Counted from the first letter of the stretch, positions 46,826 to 56,491 are shown. The stretch: DNA of 64,000 nucleotides from Verrucomicrobiota bacterium (GCA_030830965.1 JAURLX010000003.1:11157-75156); one strand, 5' to 3'. The notes: generated by a model from the sequence alone, not told the origin. Translations and numbers: made by a program.

Positions 46826-48231
46826 CAGACCTTGAAGACTTCGCGGGCGTCGGCGACCTGCCCGGTGATCGCGGCGGCGACGACCATGATCGGGCTCATG
46901 AGGACGGTCCGTCCCGTCTGGGATCCCTGCCGCCCTTTGAAATTGCGGTTCGAGGAGCTGGCGCAGAGCTGGTCGCCGACGAGCTTGTCGGGGTTCATCG
47001 CAAGGCACATGGAGCACCCTGCGCCGCGCCATTCGAAGCCGGCCTCGGTGAAGACCTTATCCAGGCCCTCGTGGACGGCTTGAATCGCGGTGAGCTGGGA
47101 GCCGGGCACGACGATGGCCTTCACGCCGTCGCTGACCTTGTGGCCCTTGAGATACTTGGCGGCCTCGCGCAGGTCGGAGATGCGGCCGTTCGTGCAGGAA
47201 CCGAGGAAACAGACGTCGACCTTGGTGCCCTTGATCGGGGTGTCCGGCGCCAGCTTCATGTGAGCGTAGGCGTCCTCGGCGGTCTGGCGGTCGGCGGGGC
47301 TGAGGGTCTCCAGCGCCGGCATCTTCTCGTCGATGAAGACGGCCTGTCCGGGCGTGATGCCCCAGGTGACGGTCGGACGGATGTCCTCCGCCTTGAAGAC
47401 CTTGATGTCGTCGTACTGGCAGCCGGGATCCGAGGCGAAGGATTTCCAGCGGGCCACCGCGGCGTCCCAGTCGGCGCCTTTCGGGGCGTAGGGCTTGCCC
47501 TTGATGTAGTCGAAGGTCTTCTGGTCCGGATTGACGTATCCGCAGCGGGCGCCGCCTTCGATCGCCATGTTGCAGACGGTCATGCGCTCCTCGAGGGAGA
47601 AGTTGTCGAAGGTCGTGCCGGCGTATTCGTAGGCGTAGCCGATGCCGCCGTTGACGCCGAGGACGCGAATGATGTGCAGGATGACGTCCTTGGCGTAGAC
47701 GCCGGGGGCGAGCCTGCCGTTCACTTCGATGCGTCGGACCTTGAGCGGACTGAGGGCCAGCGTCTGGGTTGCGAGCACGTCGCGGACCTGGGTGGTGCCG
47801 ATGCCGAAGGCGATCGCGCCGAACGCGCCGTGGGTGGCGGTGTGGGAATCGCCGCAGGCGATGGTGGTGCCGGGCTGGGTGATGCCCTGCTCCGGACCGA
47901 CCATGTGGACGATGCCTTGGTTGCCGGTGTTGGTGTCGAAGAAGCGGATGCCGTAGTCCTTGGTGTTCTTCCGGAGGGCCTCGATCATCTCCTGGGCGAT
48001 CGGATCGGAATAGGGCTCCTTGAGCTCGTTCGTCGGGACGATGTGATCGACGGTGGCGAAGGTCCGGTGAGGATACTTCACCTTGAGTCCGAGGTCGCGG
48101 ATCATCCCGAAGGCCTGGGGGCTCGTCACCTCATGGATGAGGTGCGTGCCGATGAAGAGCTGGGTCTGCCCGTTCGGCAGCCGGCGCACGGCGTGCGCAT
48201 CCCAGACTTTTTGGAACAGTGTCTTGGCCAT
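46825..48231 (-). CDS. leuC: 3-isopropylmalate dehydratase large subunit
   Basis: [13 protein letters not shown]..., [16 protein letters not shown] and the Fe-S ligand contexts GSCTNGR and CSMCL. 468 aa. Confidence 0.97.
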   Translation of the reverse strand: MAKTLFQKVWDAHAVRRLPNGQTQLFIGTHLIHEVTSPQAFGMIRDLGLKVKYPHRTFATVDHIVPTNELKEPYSDPIAQEMIEALRKNTKDYGIRFFDTNTGNQGIVHMVGPEQGITQPGTTIACGDSHTATHGAFGAIAFGIGTTQVRDVLATQTLALSPLKVRRIEVNGRLAPGVYAKDVILHIIRVLGVNGGIGYAYEYAGTTFDNFSLEERMTVCNMAIEGGARCGYVNPDQKTFDYIKGKPYAPKGADWDAAVARWKSFASDPGCQYDDIKVFKAEDIRPTVTWGITPGQAVFIDEKMPALETLSPADRQTAEDAYAHMKLAPDTPIKGTKVDVCFLGSCTNGRISDLREAAKYLKGHKVSDGVKAIVVPGSQLTAIQAVHEGLDKVFTEAGFEWRGAGCSMCLAMNPDKLVGDQLCASSSNRNFKGRQGSQTGRTVLMSPIMVVAAAITGQVADAREVFKV

Positions 48232-48246
48232 CTTCGGTGAGATCGA

Positions 48247-48325
48247 GGGGTCAACGTAGGAGGCGGCAAAGGGGGGTCAATCCCGCAGGAGGGGCCGCGG
48301 CGGCCCCGAACGTGCCGTTGACCCC
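48247..48325. repeat. Three copies of the 8-mer GGGGTCAA / TTGACCCC in the leuC-purU divergent region
   Basis: GGGGTCAA at 48247-48254 and 48273-48280. The reverse complement TTGACCCC is at 48318-48325. Confidence 0.4.
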
Positions 48326-48358
48326 GTCCCTCGACTCTGCCAAATCTGGCCGCTGCGC

Positions 48359-49213
48359 ATGGACCGGACCCTCACCCTCAGCTTCTCCTGCCCCGACGCC
48401 AGCGGCATCGTGGCGGCGGTCTCGTCCTTCATCGCCGAGCACCGCGGATGGATCACGGAGGCCAGCCAGCACACCGAGCACGAGCTCTCCCGGTTCTTCA
48501 TGCGGGTCGAGGTCCGCGCGGACTCCCTCGCCTTCCCTCCCGAGGAGTTCTCCGCGAGGTTCAGACCCCTCGCCGAACGCTTCCGGATGGAATGGCGCCT
48601 CTCGGACTCGGCCCGGCCGAAGCGCGTCGTCATCCTCTGCTCGAAGCAGGAGCACTGCCTCTACGACCTGCTCTCGCGCCAGGTCGCCCAGGACTTCCGC
48701 TTCACGGTGCCCTGCGTGATCTCCAACCACGAGACGCACCGCAGGGTGGTCGAGGCCCACGGGATCCCCTTCCACCACGTGCCGGTGACCACCGACTCCA
48801 AGGGATCCGCGTTCCGCCGCATCGAGGCGCTCTGCCGAGAGTCGGAGGCCGACCTGGTGGTGCTCGCGCGCTACATGCAGGTGCTCGACGAGGAGGCCTG
48901 CCGCAGCCTCGCGGGAAGGGTCATCAACATCCATCACTCCTTCCTGCCTTCGTTCGCGGGAGCCAAGCCCTACCACCAGGCCCACCGCCGGGGCGTGAAG
49001 CTCATCGGCGCCACCTGCCACTTCGTCACGCCGGAGCTGGACGAGGGCCCGATCATCGAGCAGGACGTGATCCGCGTCGACCACTCCGACACCCCGGACG
49101 ACATGGTCCAGCTCGGCAAGGACATCGAGAAGGTCGTGCTCGCCCGCGGGCTCCGGGCCACGGTCGAGGACAGGGTGCTGCTGGCGGGCAACAAGACGGT
49201 CGTGCTCCGCTGA
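48359..49213 (+). CDS. purU: Formyltetrahydrofolate deformylase
   Basis: N-terminal ACT domain (LTLSFSCPDASGIVAAVSSFIAEHRGWI) plus a formyltransferase core (INIHHSFLPSFAGAKPYHQA). 284 aa. Confidence 0.93.
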   Translation: MDRTLTLSFSCPDASGIVAAVSSFIAEHRGWITEASQHTEHELSRFFMRVEVRADSLAFPPEEFSARFRPLAERFRMEWRLSDSARPKRVVILCSKQEHCLYDLLSRQVAQDFRFTVPCVISNHETHRRVVEAHGIPFHHVPVTTDSKGSAFRRIEALCRESEADLVVLARYMQVLDEEACRSLAGRVINIHHSFLPSFAGAKPYHQAHRRGVKLIGATCHFVTPELDEGPIIEQDVIRVDHSDTPDDMVQLGKDIEKVVLARGLRATVEDRVLLAGNKTVVLR

Positions 49214-49341
49214 GCCGTCTTGAGCCACCGGCGGGCATCCGGGCCCGTCGCGCGCACCGCGCCGAGGTCCTGTCGGGCCGAATCAGCCCACGCCGGTCGG
49301 ATTAGGATTGGTCGCCGGGGCCTCTTCGGCTCAATGCAAGC

Positions 49342-50760
49342 ATGCGCCACCCCCTCGCACTGCTCGCCCTCACGCTCACCTGCCTCGCGTCGCCGGAGGA
49401 CATCCGGCCCGAGGAGCGCAGGAAGTTCGCCCAGCCGGCCGAGGCGGAGCGCGCCGCGCTGCACAAGTCGATCAAGGACTACATGGCGCTCGACCCCGCC
49501 GAGGTGAAGGCCCACCCGGCCGCCGCGGACTTTCCCGGCGCGGTCAACTCCAAGGCGCGGGTGACCCGCACGGTCAGCTACGATCCGGACCTGCTGCACC
49601 GCTGGGACACCAAGGCCGGCAATGCGCCGAACCTGGCCACCGGACCCGACGCCTGGCAGGAGACCGGACTCTATGCGGCCCCTGGCGAGACCGTGGTCAT
49701 CGATGCGGCCGCCCTGCCCGAGGGCCGCACGGTGCACGTCATCGTCGGCTGCCATCGCGACAGCCTGCTCCGACTCGACGACTGGAAGCGTTTCCCGATC
49801 ATCACCCGCAGCTTCGAGCTGAAGACGGGGAAGAACAAGGTCGCCAACGCGTTCGGCGGACAGCTGTTCATCCACGTGCGCGGCCGCGAGGCCGGCCAGC
49901 CCGGGAAAACCTCCGCCCGACTCGCCTTCGCCAACGCCGTCGAGATGCCCACCTATGTCCTGGGCAAGGACACGCCTCAGTCCTGGGCCAAATCGCGCGG
50001 GGCCCCGGCCCCCTGGGGCACGCTGGTCGGACGCGCCGCCATCCTGCACGTCCGTTCGGAGGACCTCGCCAAGATGGCCGACCCGAAGGCGCTGCTGGAA
50101 TGGTGGGACAAGTGCCTCAGCCTCGAGGACGACCTCGTCGCCCTGCGCAGACTCGCCCCAGAACGGGTCGTGCCCGACCGCCAGATCTCGGCCGGCTACA
50201 TGCACTCGGGCTACCCGTTCATGTGCTGGATCAAGCCCTCCGCCGCCGAGATGATCGACCTGGGCAAGCTCACCAAGCAGGGCAACTGGGGCTTCTTCCA
50301 CGAGCTGGGCCACAACCACCAGCGCCGGGACTGGACCTTCGACGGTCAGGTCGAGGTCACCTGCAACTTCTTCTCGCTCTACCTGATGGAGAAGCTGGTC
50401 GGGCTCCCCACGGGACAGGGGCATGGCTCGATGAAGGACCTCGACGCGCTCCTGCGCCGGCGCTTCGGGGAACCCGAGAACAAGGGACCCTTCGAGCAGC
50501 TCGGCACCTTCGTGCTGCTGATCCGCGCCCACGGCTGGGAACCGCTCCGTGCGACCCTTCGCTCCTACGCCGACGAGCCCGGGCCCAAGGGCAAGGAGGA
50601 GCAGCAGAGCTCCTTCGTGGAACGCTACGGACGCTTCTCCAAGTCCGACGTCTCCGACTACTTCGTGAAGCTCGGCTACCACGTGGGGGACTCCACGCGC
50701 GCCAAGCTCGCGAGCCTCCCGAAGTTCCGCCCCGCCCTGCCGTCTCCGCAGAGCAAGTGA
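49342..50760 (+). CDS. Secreted M60-like (enhancin/TCAF-like) zinc metallopeptidase
   Basis: Signal peptide MRHPLALLALTLTCLASP. HEXXH in FFHELGHNHQRRDW followed by downstream Glu residues. The size and layout resemble M60-like peptidases, recalled from memory. Confidence 0.6.
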   Translation: MRHPLALLALTLTCLASPEDIRPEERRKFAQPAEAERAALHKSIKDYMALDPAEVKAHPAAADFPGAVNSKARVTRTVSYDPDLLHRWDTKAGNAPNLATGPDAWQETGLYAAPGETVVIDAAALPEGRTVHVIVGCHRDSLLRLDDWKRFPIITRSFELKTGKNKVANAFGGQLFIHVRGREAGQPGKTSARLAFANAVEMPTYVLGKDTPQSWAKSRGAPAPWGTLVGRAAILHVRSEDLAKMADPKALLEWWDKCLSLEDDLVALRRLAPERVVPDRQISAGYMHSGYPFMCWIKPSAAEMIDLGKLTKQGNWGFFHELGHNHQRRDWTFDGQVEVTCNFFSLYLMEKLVGLPTGQGHGSMKDLDALLRRRFGEPENKGPFEQLGTFVLLIRAHGWEPLRATLRSYADEPGPKGKEEQQSSFVERYGRFSKSDVSDYFVKLGYHVGDSTRAKLASLPKFRPALPSPQSK

Positions 50761-50858
50761 TTGGCGGGCAAAGGAGTCGGGAATGGGGGCGTTAGCGCTC
50801 GCCCTTTCGTAAGACATTCTTCAAATGGGTCTTACGCACAGACCCGCCACGACTGACC

Positions 50859-51914
50859 ATGTCCCTCATCTCCCGCCTTTCCGCCCGGCTCCAGAACCAC
50901 CCGAAGCGCATCATCTTCCCGGAGGGCGCCGACCCGCGGGTCATCCAGGCCGCCCGGCAGTTCGCCACCAAGAAACTCGGTGTGCCCGTGCTCCTGGGCG
51001 ACCGCCAGCGCATCAAGCTCAATGCGGCCCGCCTGAACGTGCGGCTGGACGACATCCGCATCCTTGAGCCGGAACGGAGCGACGAACTGAAGTCCTTCGC
51101 CGAGAAGCTGGAATCGATCCAGAAATACGGGGACACCAACCTCAAGGGAGACCCGAAGGAGCTCGCGCTCAACCCCAACTACTTCGCCTGCCTGATGGTG
51201 GCCACGGGGGCGGCCGACGCACTCATCTCCGGCGCCACCACGCACGCCGCGCCCGGCCTGCGCGCGGTCCTGCAGACGATGCCGCGTCAGGCCGGCGTCG
51301 AGACGGTCTCCTCGATGCAGATCCTGGAATCCGAGGAGGGGCGCTTCGGCCACGAGGGCGCGCTCTTCCTCGCGGACTGCGGCGTGATACCCGAACCCAC
51401 CGCGAACCAGCTCGCCGACATCGCGGTCACGACGGCGGGACTCGCCGGCCATCTCACCAATTCGCACCCGAAGGTGGCGCTGCTCGCCTTCTCCACGCAC
51501 TCCACGAACCCGCGGCTCGATTCGCTGAAGCGGGTCCAGGCCGCCATGGAGCTCGCCCGCCGCAAAGCCCGTGAGCTGGGGATCCCCTGCGACATCGACG
51601 GCGAGATGCAGGCCGACGCCGCCATCAACCCCTTCGCCGCGCAGTCCAAGGAGGTCCAGGGTGCGGTCGCCGGCCGGGCGAGCGTGCTGGTCTTCCCCGA
51701 CCTCAACTCGGGCAACATCGCCTCCAAGCTCGCCCAGCACATCGCGGACATCCCCGCCTACGGGCAGATCCTCACCGGGCTCGAGCGCCCCGCCGCCGAA
51801 ATCTCGCGCGGGGCCAGCGCCCATGACATCTTCGGCACGGCGGTAATCGTCGCCGCCCAGGCGGTGGACCGCACCTACCTCTACCCCGTCGAAACCGGCC
51901 CCGGCAGGGCCTGA
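50859..51914 (+). CDS. pta: Phosphate acetyltransferase, catalytic PTA_PTB domain only
   Basis: KRIIFPEGADPRVIQAA, LMVATGAADALISGATTH, DGEMQADAA and VLVFPDLNSGNIASKL. 351 aa. Confidence 0.9.
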   Translation: MSLISRLSARLQNHPKRIIFPEGADPRVIQAARQFATKKLGVPVLLGDRQRIKLNAARLNVRLDDIRILEPERSDELKSFAEKLESIQKYGDTNLKGDPKELALNPNYFACLMVATGAADALISGATTHAAPGLRAVLQTMPRQAGVETVSSMQILESEEGRFGHEGALFLADCGVIPEPTANQLADIAVTTAGLAGHLTNSHPKVALLAFSTHSTNPRLDSLKRVQAAMELARRKARELGIPCDIDGEMQADAAINPFAAQSKEVQGAVAGRASVLVFPDLNSGNIASKLAQHIADIPAYGQILTGLERPAAEISRGASAHDIFGTAVIVAAQAVDRTYLYPVETGPGRA

Positions 51915-51916
51915 GC

Positions 51917-53062
51917 ATGGCCTCGAAGCGCAGGTTCGCGGAGAACGTCCCCGGGCTGCTCTCGCGCCCGATGAACCGCGAGACGCGACGCATCTTCGTC
52001 GCGGCCACGCGGATGAACGACGGCAAGACGACGACCTGCCTCGGCCTCACGGCGGCGCTCCGCTCGATGGGGCTTAACGTGGGGTACATCAAACCGATCG
52101 CCCAGCGGGTGGTGCAGTCGGGCGACGACCAGGTCGACGAGGACTCGCTGCTGATCAACGGTCTCTTCGACCTCGATGTGCCGATCGCGGCGATGTCGCC
52201 CGTGGCCATCGGACCCGACTTCACGAGACAGTACCTCGAGAACCCCGCCGTCATCGGCCCCCAGATCACCGACCGGATCTGCCGGGCGTTCGACCGCACG
52301 GCCTACGGCAAGGACGTGGTGGTGGTGGAAGGGTCAGGCCACGCCGGGGTGGGCTCGGTCTTCGGCGCCTCCAACGCGGACAACGCGAAGGTGCTGGGCT
52401 CCAAGGCCCTGCTAGTCGCCGCCGGCGGCATCGGTAAGCCGGTCGACGAGATCGCGCTCAACAAGGCGCTCTTCGACCAGGCGGGCGTCGAGGTGGTGGG
52501 CGCGGTCATCAACAAGGTGATGCCGGACAAGCTGGAGTTCATCCGCGACTTCGCCGGACGCGGGCTGCGTCAGCTCGGCGTGCCGCTGCTGGGCGTGGTG
52601 CCGCTGCAGGAGACGCTCGTCTACCCGAACTTGGATCAGGTGGCCGAAGAGACGCGCGCGCGCTGGGTCCACCGGCCTCCCGGCCTCCGCCGGGTGCGGC
52701 GCGTCATCATCGGCGCGATGTCCGCGCGCCGCGCGGCCGAGTACCTGCGCACGGCCGGCACGCTCGTGATCGTGCCCGGCGACCGCGAGGACCTGCTCGA
52801 GGCGCTGGTCGCAGACCCCGGAGCCCGCGGTCTCGCGGGGGTCATCCTCTCGAACGGCCTCCTGCCGGGCGACGAGACGATGCGGCGGCTCAAGGAGGCG
52901 GGGTTGGCCATCGCCTCGGCGGAGACGGAATCCTTCGCGGTCACGGCCCGCATCAACAACATGACGGTGAAGACGATGAGCCAGGATTCGGACAAGATCC
53001 CGATCATCGAGAAGATGATCCGGGAGTCGGTCGACGTCCCGTCGCTGCTGAAGTCGGTCTAA
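51917..53062 (+). CDS. BioD-like P-loop (AAA_26) plus DRTGG domain protein (equivalent to the N-terminal regulatory half of long Pta enzymes)
   Basis: IFVAATRMNDGKTTTCLGLTAAL is a BioD/CobQ-type P-loop. LVIVPGDREDLLEALV is the DRTGG region. The start lies 2 nt after the pta stop. Confidence 0.75.
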   Translation: MASKRRFAENVPGLLSRPMNRETRRIFVAATRMNDGKTTTCLGLTAALRSMGLNVGYIKPIAQRVVQSGDDQVDEDSLLINGLFDLDVPIAAMSPVAIGPDFTRQYLENPAVIGPQITDRICRAFDRTAYGKDVVVVEGSGHAGVGSVFGASNADNAKVLGSKALLVAAGGIGKPVDEIALNKALFDQAGVEVVGAVINKVMPDKLEFIRDFAGRGLRQLGVPLLGVVPLQETLVYPNLDQVAEETRARWVHRPPGLRRVRRVIIGAMSARRAAEYLRTAGTLVIVPGDREDLLEALVADPGARGLAGVILSNGLLPGDETMRRLKEAGLAIASAETESFAVTARINNMTVKTMSQDSDKIPIIEKMIRESVDVPSLLKSV

Positions 53063-54030
53063 AGGGGCCGCAGCACCTCGGCCAACCGGCTGAAATGTTC
53101 CGGACCGAACCCGGCAGCCTGCTTGAGCATCCTGTCCCGGGCCAGCGGGTTTCGCTCGGCTTCCGCGGCACGCCGGGCTTCGGAACTGATGACGCCCCGG
53201 AGCCAGGGCCAGACAGCGCCCACGGGCACGGGGTGGTCGCTCCCGTGCAGGAAGCGGCCACGATGCCTGCACGCGAGGACGTCGCGCAGGATCGCGCTGC
53301 GCACGGGGCTATTCAGCGCACTGGTGTCGGCATGCAGCCGCGGAAACTCGTCCATGAGCGCGAGCAGCTCGTGTAGGTGGCCGCGGCTCCAAGGAATGCT
53401 GGAGCTGGCGCCATGGGCCGCGATCACCTTCATCCCAAGCTCGAGGGGACGGCGGAGGACGCGCGGATCCTCGAAGGCGCGGTTGAAGACGGGGACGGTC
53501 AGCTCCCCGCCCGTGTGCGCCAGAAGGGGGAGTCCGGACGCGGCCATCTTCTCCCAGAAGGGCCGGTACTGCGGCAGGGAGCAGTCGACGTTCTGGCAGT
53601 TGGGCAGCAGCTTCAGGGCCCGCGCCCCAAGGGCGAGGCAACGCTCGAGCTCTTCCATCGCACCGGGGCGCCCGGGGTGGATGGAGACGGCGGGCAGGAA
53701 TGACGGATGCCTGCGGCAGACGGCAAAGAGATAGTCGTTGGGGACGTGGAAGGAGCCGAAGTCGGCCTTGCGGCCGTCGTCGTGGTACACCTCGTCCTGC
53801 GCCAGCAGCAGCGCGCGGTCCAGGCCGCTGCCGGCCAGCATCGAGACGATGGAGCGCTCGTACGCCTCGTCGAACCCGGAATCGTCCGCTGACGCGGGGA
53901 TGCCGGCCTCGCGCACCATGGCCTTCGCGAGGACGCGATGCCAGAGGCCGTCGAGCCTCAGCCAGCAGCCGCTGCCCGACCGGCCGTTGCCAACGAGATG
54001 CACATGGCAGTCATGGGTGGTCCCGTTCAC
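53059..54030 (-). CDS. Amidohydrolase-2 family metal-dependent hydrolase (TIM barrel)
   Basis: The GTG start at 54030 directly abuts the upstream stop. N-terminal DCHVHLVG (HxH) and later AHTGG and HGSDHP metal-ligand-like motifs. Confidence 0.55.
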   Translation of the reverse strand: MNGTTHDCHVHLVGNGRSGSGCWLRLDGLWHRVLAKAMVREAGIPASADDSGFDEAYERSIVSMLAGSGLDRALLLAQDEVYHDDGRKADFGSFHVPNDYLFAVCRRHPSFLPAVSIHPGRPGAMEELERCLALGARALKLLPNCQNVDCSLPQYRPFWEKMAASGLPLLAHTGGELTVPVFNRAFEDPRVLRRPLELGMKVIAAHGASSSIPWSRGHLHELLALMDEFPRLHADTSALNSPVRSAILRDVLACRHRGRFLHGSDHPVPVGAVWPWLRGVISSEARRAAEAERNPLARDRMLKQAAGFGPEHFSRLAEVLRPL

Positions 54031-56442
54031 TCAGCGCTCCTCCTTGCCCGCGAAGCGTCCATAGATCCAGGCGACGGCGAAGAACGCGACGGCCAGGGCG
54101 GCGCAGGCCACGATGCGGCCGATCAGGTCGGTCACGTCATGGGTCACGATGCGGAGGGTCACGAGGGCAAGGCCGACGAGACCGACCATCCGGAGGGATC
54201 GCGCAGCCGTGAAATGTCCGACGAGGAAGGTGACCATGGCGGCCACGGCCCAGCCAAGCGAACCAGCGGCGCCGGGAAGGCCGCGGAGGAGGCCGAATGC
54301 GCTGAGGAGCCAGACCGCGGGAAGGAAGGAACGCTGCATGACCCCCCACGCCCCCGAACCCCGGGTGCAGGTGGCCAGCACTTGGAGATGGGCTCCAAGC
54401 CCGACGATCAGGAAGCAGGCGGGGAGCACGAGCGGGCGGGAGGGGCCGACGGAGTGGCCGGAAGATCCGATCAGGGCGAAGGCCTGGACGAGCACGCCCA
54501 CGACCGCGCCCCAGGAAAGCATCGAGAGCTCCCCTCCGACCTGGCCTGCCTCGGGGTTCCTGCTCACCTGACGGCGGAGCAGGAGACTAGCGGCAGCCAG
54601 GACGATGCCGGCGCAGGACCACGGAAGCGCCAGCCGCCAGTTCCAAAGGGCGGAGGAGTCGAAGACGACGTGATGGGCGAGGAGGAACGCCAGATAGCCT
54701 GAAGAAAAGGCCAGCGCATGCCTCAAAACGGCGTGCCGGGCCCGCAGCACCGCGACCAGCAGCGCCTGCAGGCTCAGGCCGAACAGCGTACCGGACCAGA
54801 GGGCCGGCTCCCGGTGCGAGGAGCCCTGCGCGAGCTCACCCCAGAAGGAGAGGACGCCGAGGCTCCAGAGGAACGAGGGCGCGGCGGCGAACCTCAGGGC
54901 GACGGAAGGAAGGAACATGCTCACGCCCAAGGCGATGAGCCAGGGCAAGACGGAGAGGGAGTCGGGAAGGCGGTGCTGGCAGGCGAGCAGGACCAGCGAC
55001 ATCGAGATTCCGCCAGCCACGGAGAAGGGCCACCTGGTCTCGCCCGGGCGGTCACGGGCCGCGAGCAGCAGGGAGAAAAGTAGGGCGGCGACGTGGAAAT
55101 GCATCTTCGACCCCTGAAGGATGGAGGTCTGGTCGAATTTGAGCGCGGCGAACATCACGAACACCTCCACCGCGACCCGCAGGAAGATGGCCCCGGTGCG
55201 ACGGTGGGCCAGAAGGGCGAGTCCGCCGGCCAGGAGCCAGACCAGCCAGTCGAGACGGTCCTCGACGCTCCAAGCCCCGCCGGCGGCAGCGAGGCCGAGG
55301 GCGAAGGCGAGGAAGGTGCTCGATGCAGCCGAAGCCGCACGCGCCTCGACCAGCGCCAGCAGCCCGGCCACGGCGGCGCACGCGAAGGCGATGATCGTCC
55401 TCGAGTCGCCGGCCCCGTGGGCCAGCAGCACGAGCGAGGGAAGCAGGAAGGAACCCAGGGAGAAGGCCAGTCGCTCTCCCTCGGACCGGAAGAGGCCACG
55501 AGGGCGGACGAAGCGCTCGACGGTCCAGCACACGACGAAGGAGCCGCTCGCACCGATGACGACCCCGGACAGGTCGATTCCGCCGCGGAACAGCGCGAGC
55601 TGGGATCCGACAAGGCCGATGATGCCGGCGGAAGTCCATCCGCCGCGGGCCACCAGCACGGCACCTAGGATGGCGACGCAGACCACGGCGAACCCCGTGA
55701 CCGCGGATGCATGCGAGCCGGATTTGACGGAAAGCAAGAGCACGGCCGCCGAGAAGCCCGTGGCGAGCTGACCGAGAAGTCGATCGGACTTGGCCAGGGC
55801 CAAGGCGGCGATGGCGGCGGCGGTGAGCAGCTGGACGAAGACCCCGAGCTCAGGAGAGTCGACGACACGCATCCGATCCAAGCCCTGCGAGGCCCAGGCG
55901 GCGAATTGCAGGATCGCCGCGCCAACGGCGGTGATGACGCGCCCAAGATCCGGCCTATTGCGGGCAAGATTGAGTCCGCCGACAAGGACTGCGGCTCCGA
56001 TCAGCACGACTTCGGCGAGACGAAGCCAGGCCGGAAGCTCGGATTTAAGGTTGAGCCAGATTCCCAGGAAGACGACGGCGGCGACTCCGACGAGCCCGCC
56101 GACCCGGGCCGCCCACCAAGCGCCGAGGGCGCTCTCACCGCTTACGCCCTCGGGAGGCAGCAGGCCGATGTCACGCAGACGGGCGGCGAAAGGCGACGGA
56201 GCGGCGGGCGCGGGCGCAGACCCGAGGGCGGGCGACGGCAAGGCCGCAGGCAAGGGCGGAGGCAGCGGCGTCGGAGACGACCCGGCAGGCGCGGGCGCCG
56301 CTTTGGAGACGGACTTGAGGCTCTCCACCTCCTTGTCCAGTCGGTTGACCTTCACTAACAGCACCGTGAGGAGGACGGGGACGGCGAGAACCGCCAGCCC
56401 CGCGACCACCAGGAGTAGTTCCAGCGAATCGGAGCGGGACAT
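54031..56442 (-). CDS. Large polytopic membrane protein, DUF2339-like
   Basis: The track start is GTG 56463; the ATG at 56442 gives MSRSDSLELLLVVAGLAVLAV. An N-terminal helix and coiled-coil (NRLDKEVESLKS), then a Pro/Ala linker and more than 20 hydrophobic segments. Confidence 0.5.
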   Translation of the reverse strand: MSRSDSLELLLVVAGLAVLAVPVLLTVLLVKVNRLDKEVESLKSVSKAAPAPAGSSPTPLPPPLPAALPSPALGSAPAPAAPSPFAARLRDIGLLPPEGVSGESALGAWWAARVGGLVGVAAVVFLGIWLNLKSELPAWLRLAEVVLIGAAVLVGGLNLARNRPDLGRVITAVGAAILQFAAWASQGLDRMRVVDSPELGVFVQLLTAAAIAALALAKSDRLLGQLATGFSAAVLLLSVKSGSHASAVTGFAVVCVAILGAVLVARGGWTSAGIIGLVGSQLALFRGGIDLSGVVIGASGSFVVCWTVERFVRPRGLFRSEGERLAFSLGSFLLPSLVLLAHGAGDSRTIIAFACAAVAGLLALVEARAASAASSTFLAFALGLAAAGGAWSVEDRLDWLVWLLAGGLALLAHRRTGAIFLRVAVEVFVMFAALKFDQTSILQGSKMHFHVAALLFSLLLAARDRPGETRWPFSVAGGISMSLVLLACQHRLPDSLSVLPWLIALGVSMFLPSVALRFAAAPSFLWSLGVLSFWGELAQGSSHREPALWSGTLFGLSLQALLVAVLRARHAVLRHALAFSSGYLAFLLAHHVVFDSSALWNWRLALPWSCAGIVLAAASLLLRRQVSRNPEAGQVGGELSMLSWGAVVGVLVQAFALIGSSGHSVGPSRPLVLPACFLIVGLGAHLQVLATCTRGSGAWGVMQRSFLPAVWLLSAFGLLRGLPGAAGSLGWAVAAMVTFLVGHFTAARSLRMVGLVGLALVTLRIVTHDVTDLIGRIVACAALAVAFFAVAWIYGRFAGKEER

Positions 56443-56491
56443 GAGGCAGGTTACTCCCGCCACCCCGGGGACAGCAACCAGCGATTGGAAA

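Noticed and set aside
50761-50858. Possible terminator hairpins after the M60-like gene (GGGCG..CGCCC followed by TTT; GTAAGAC..GTCTTAC)
   Set aside because: The stems are only 5-7 bp, with a mismatched interior or a 13-nt loop. They are not convincing enough to annotate.
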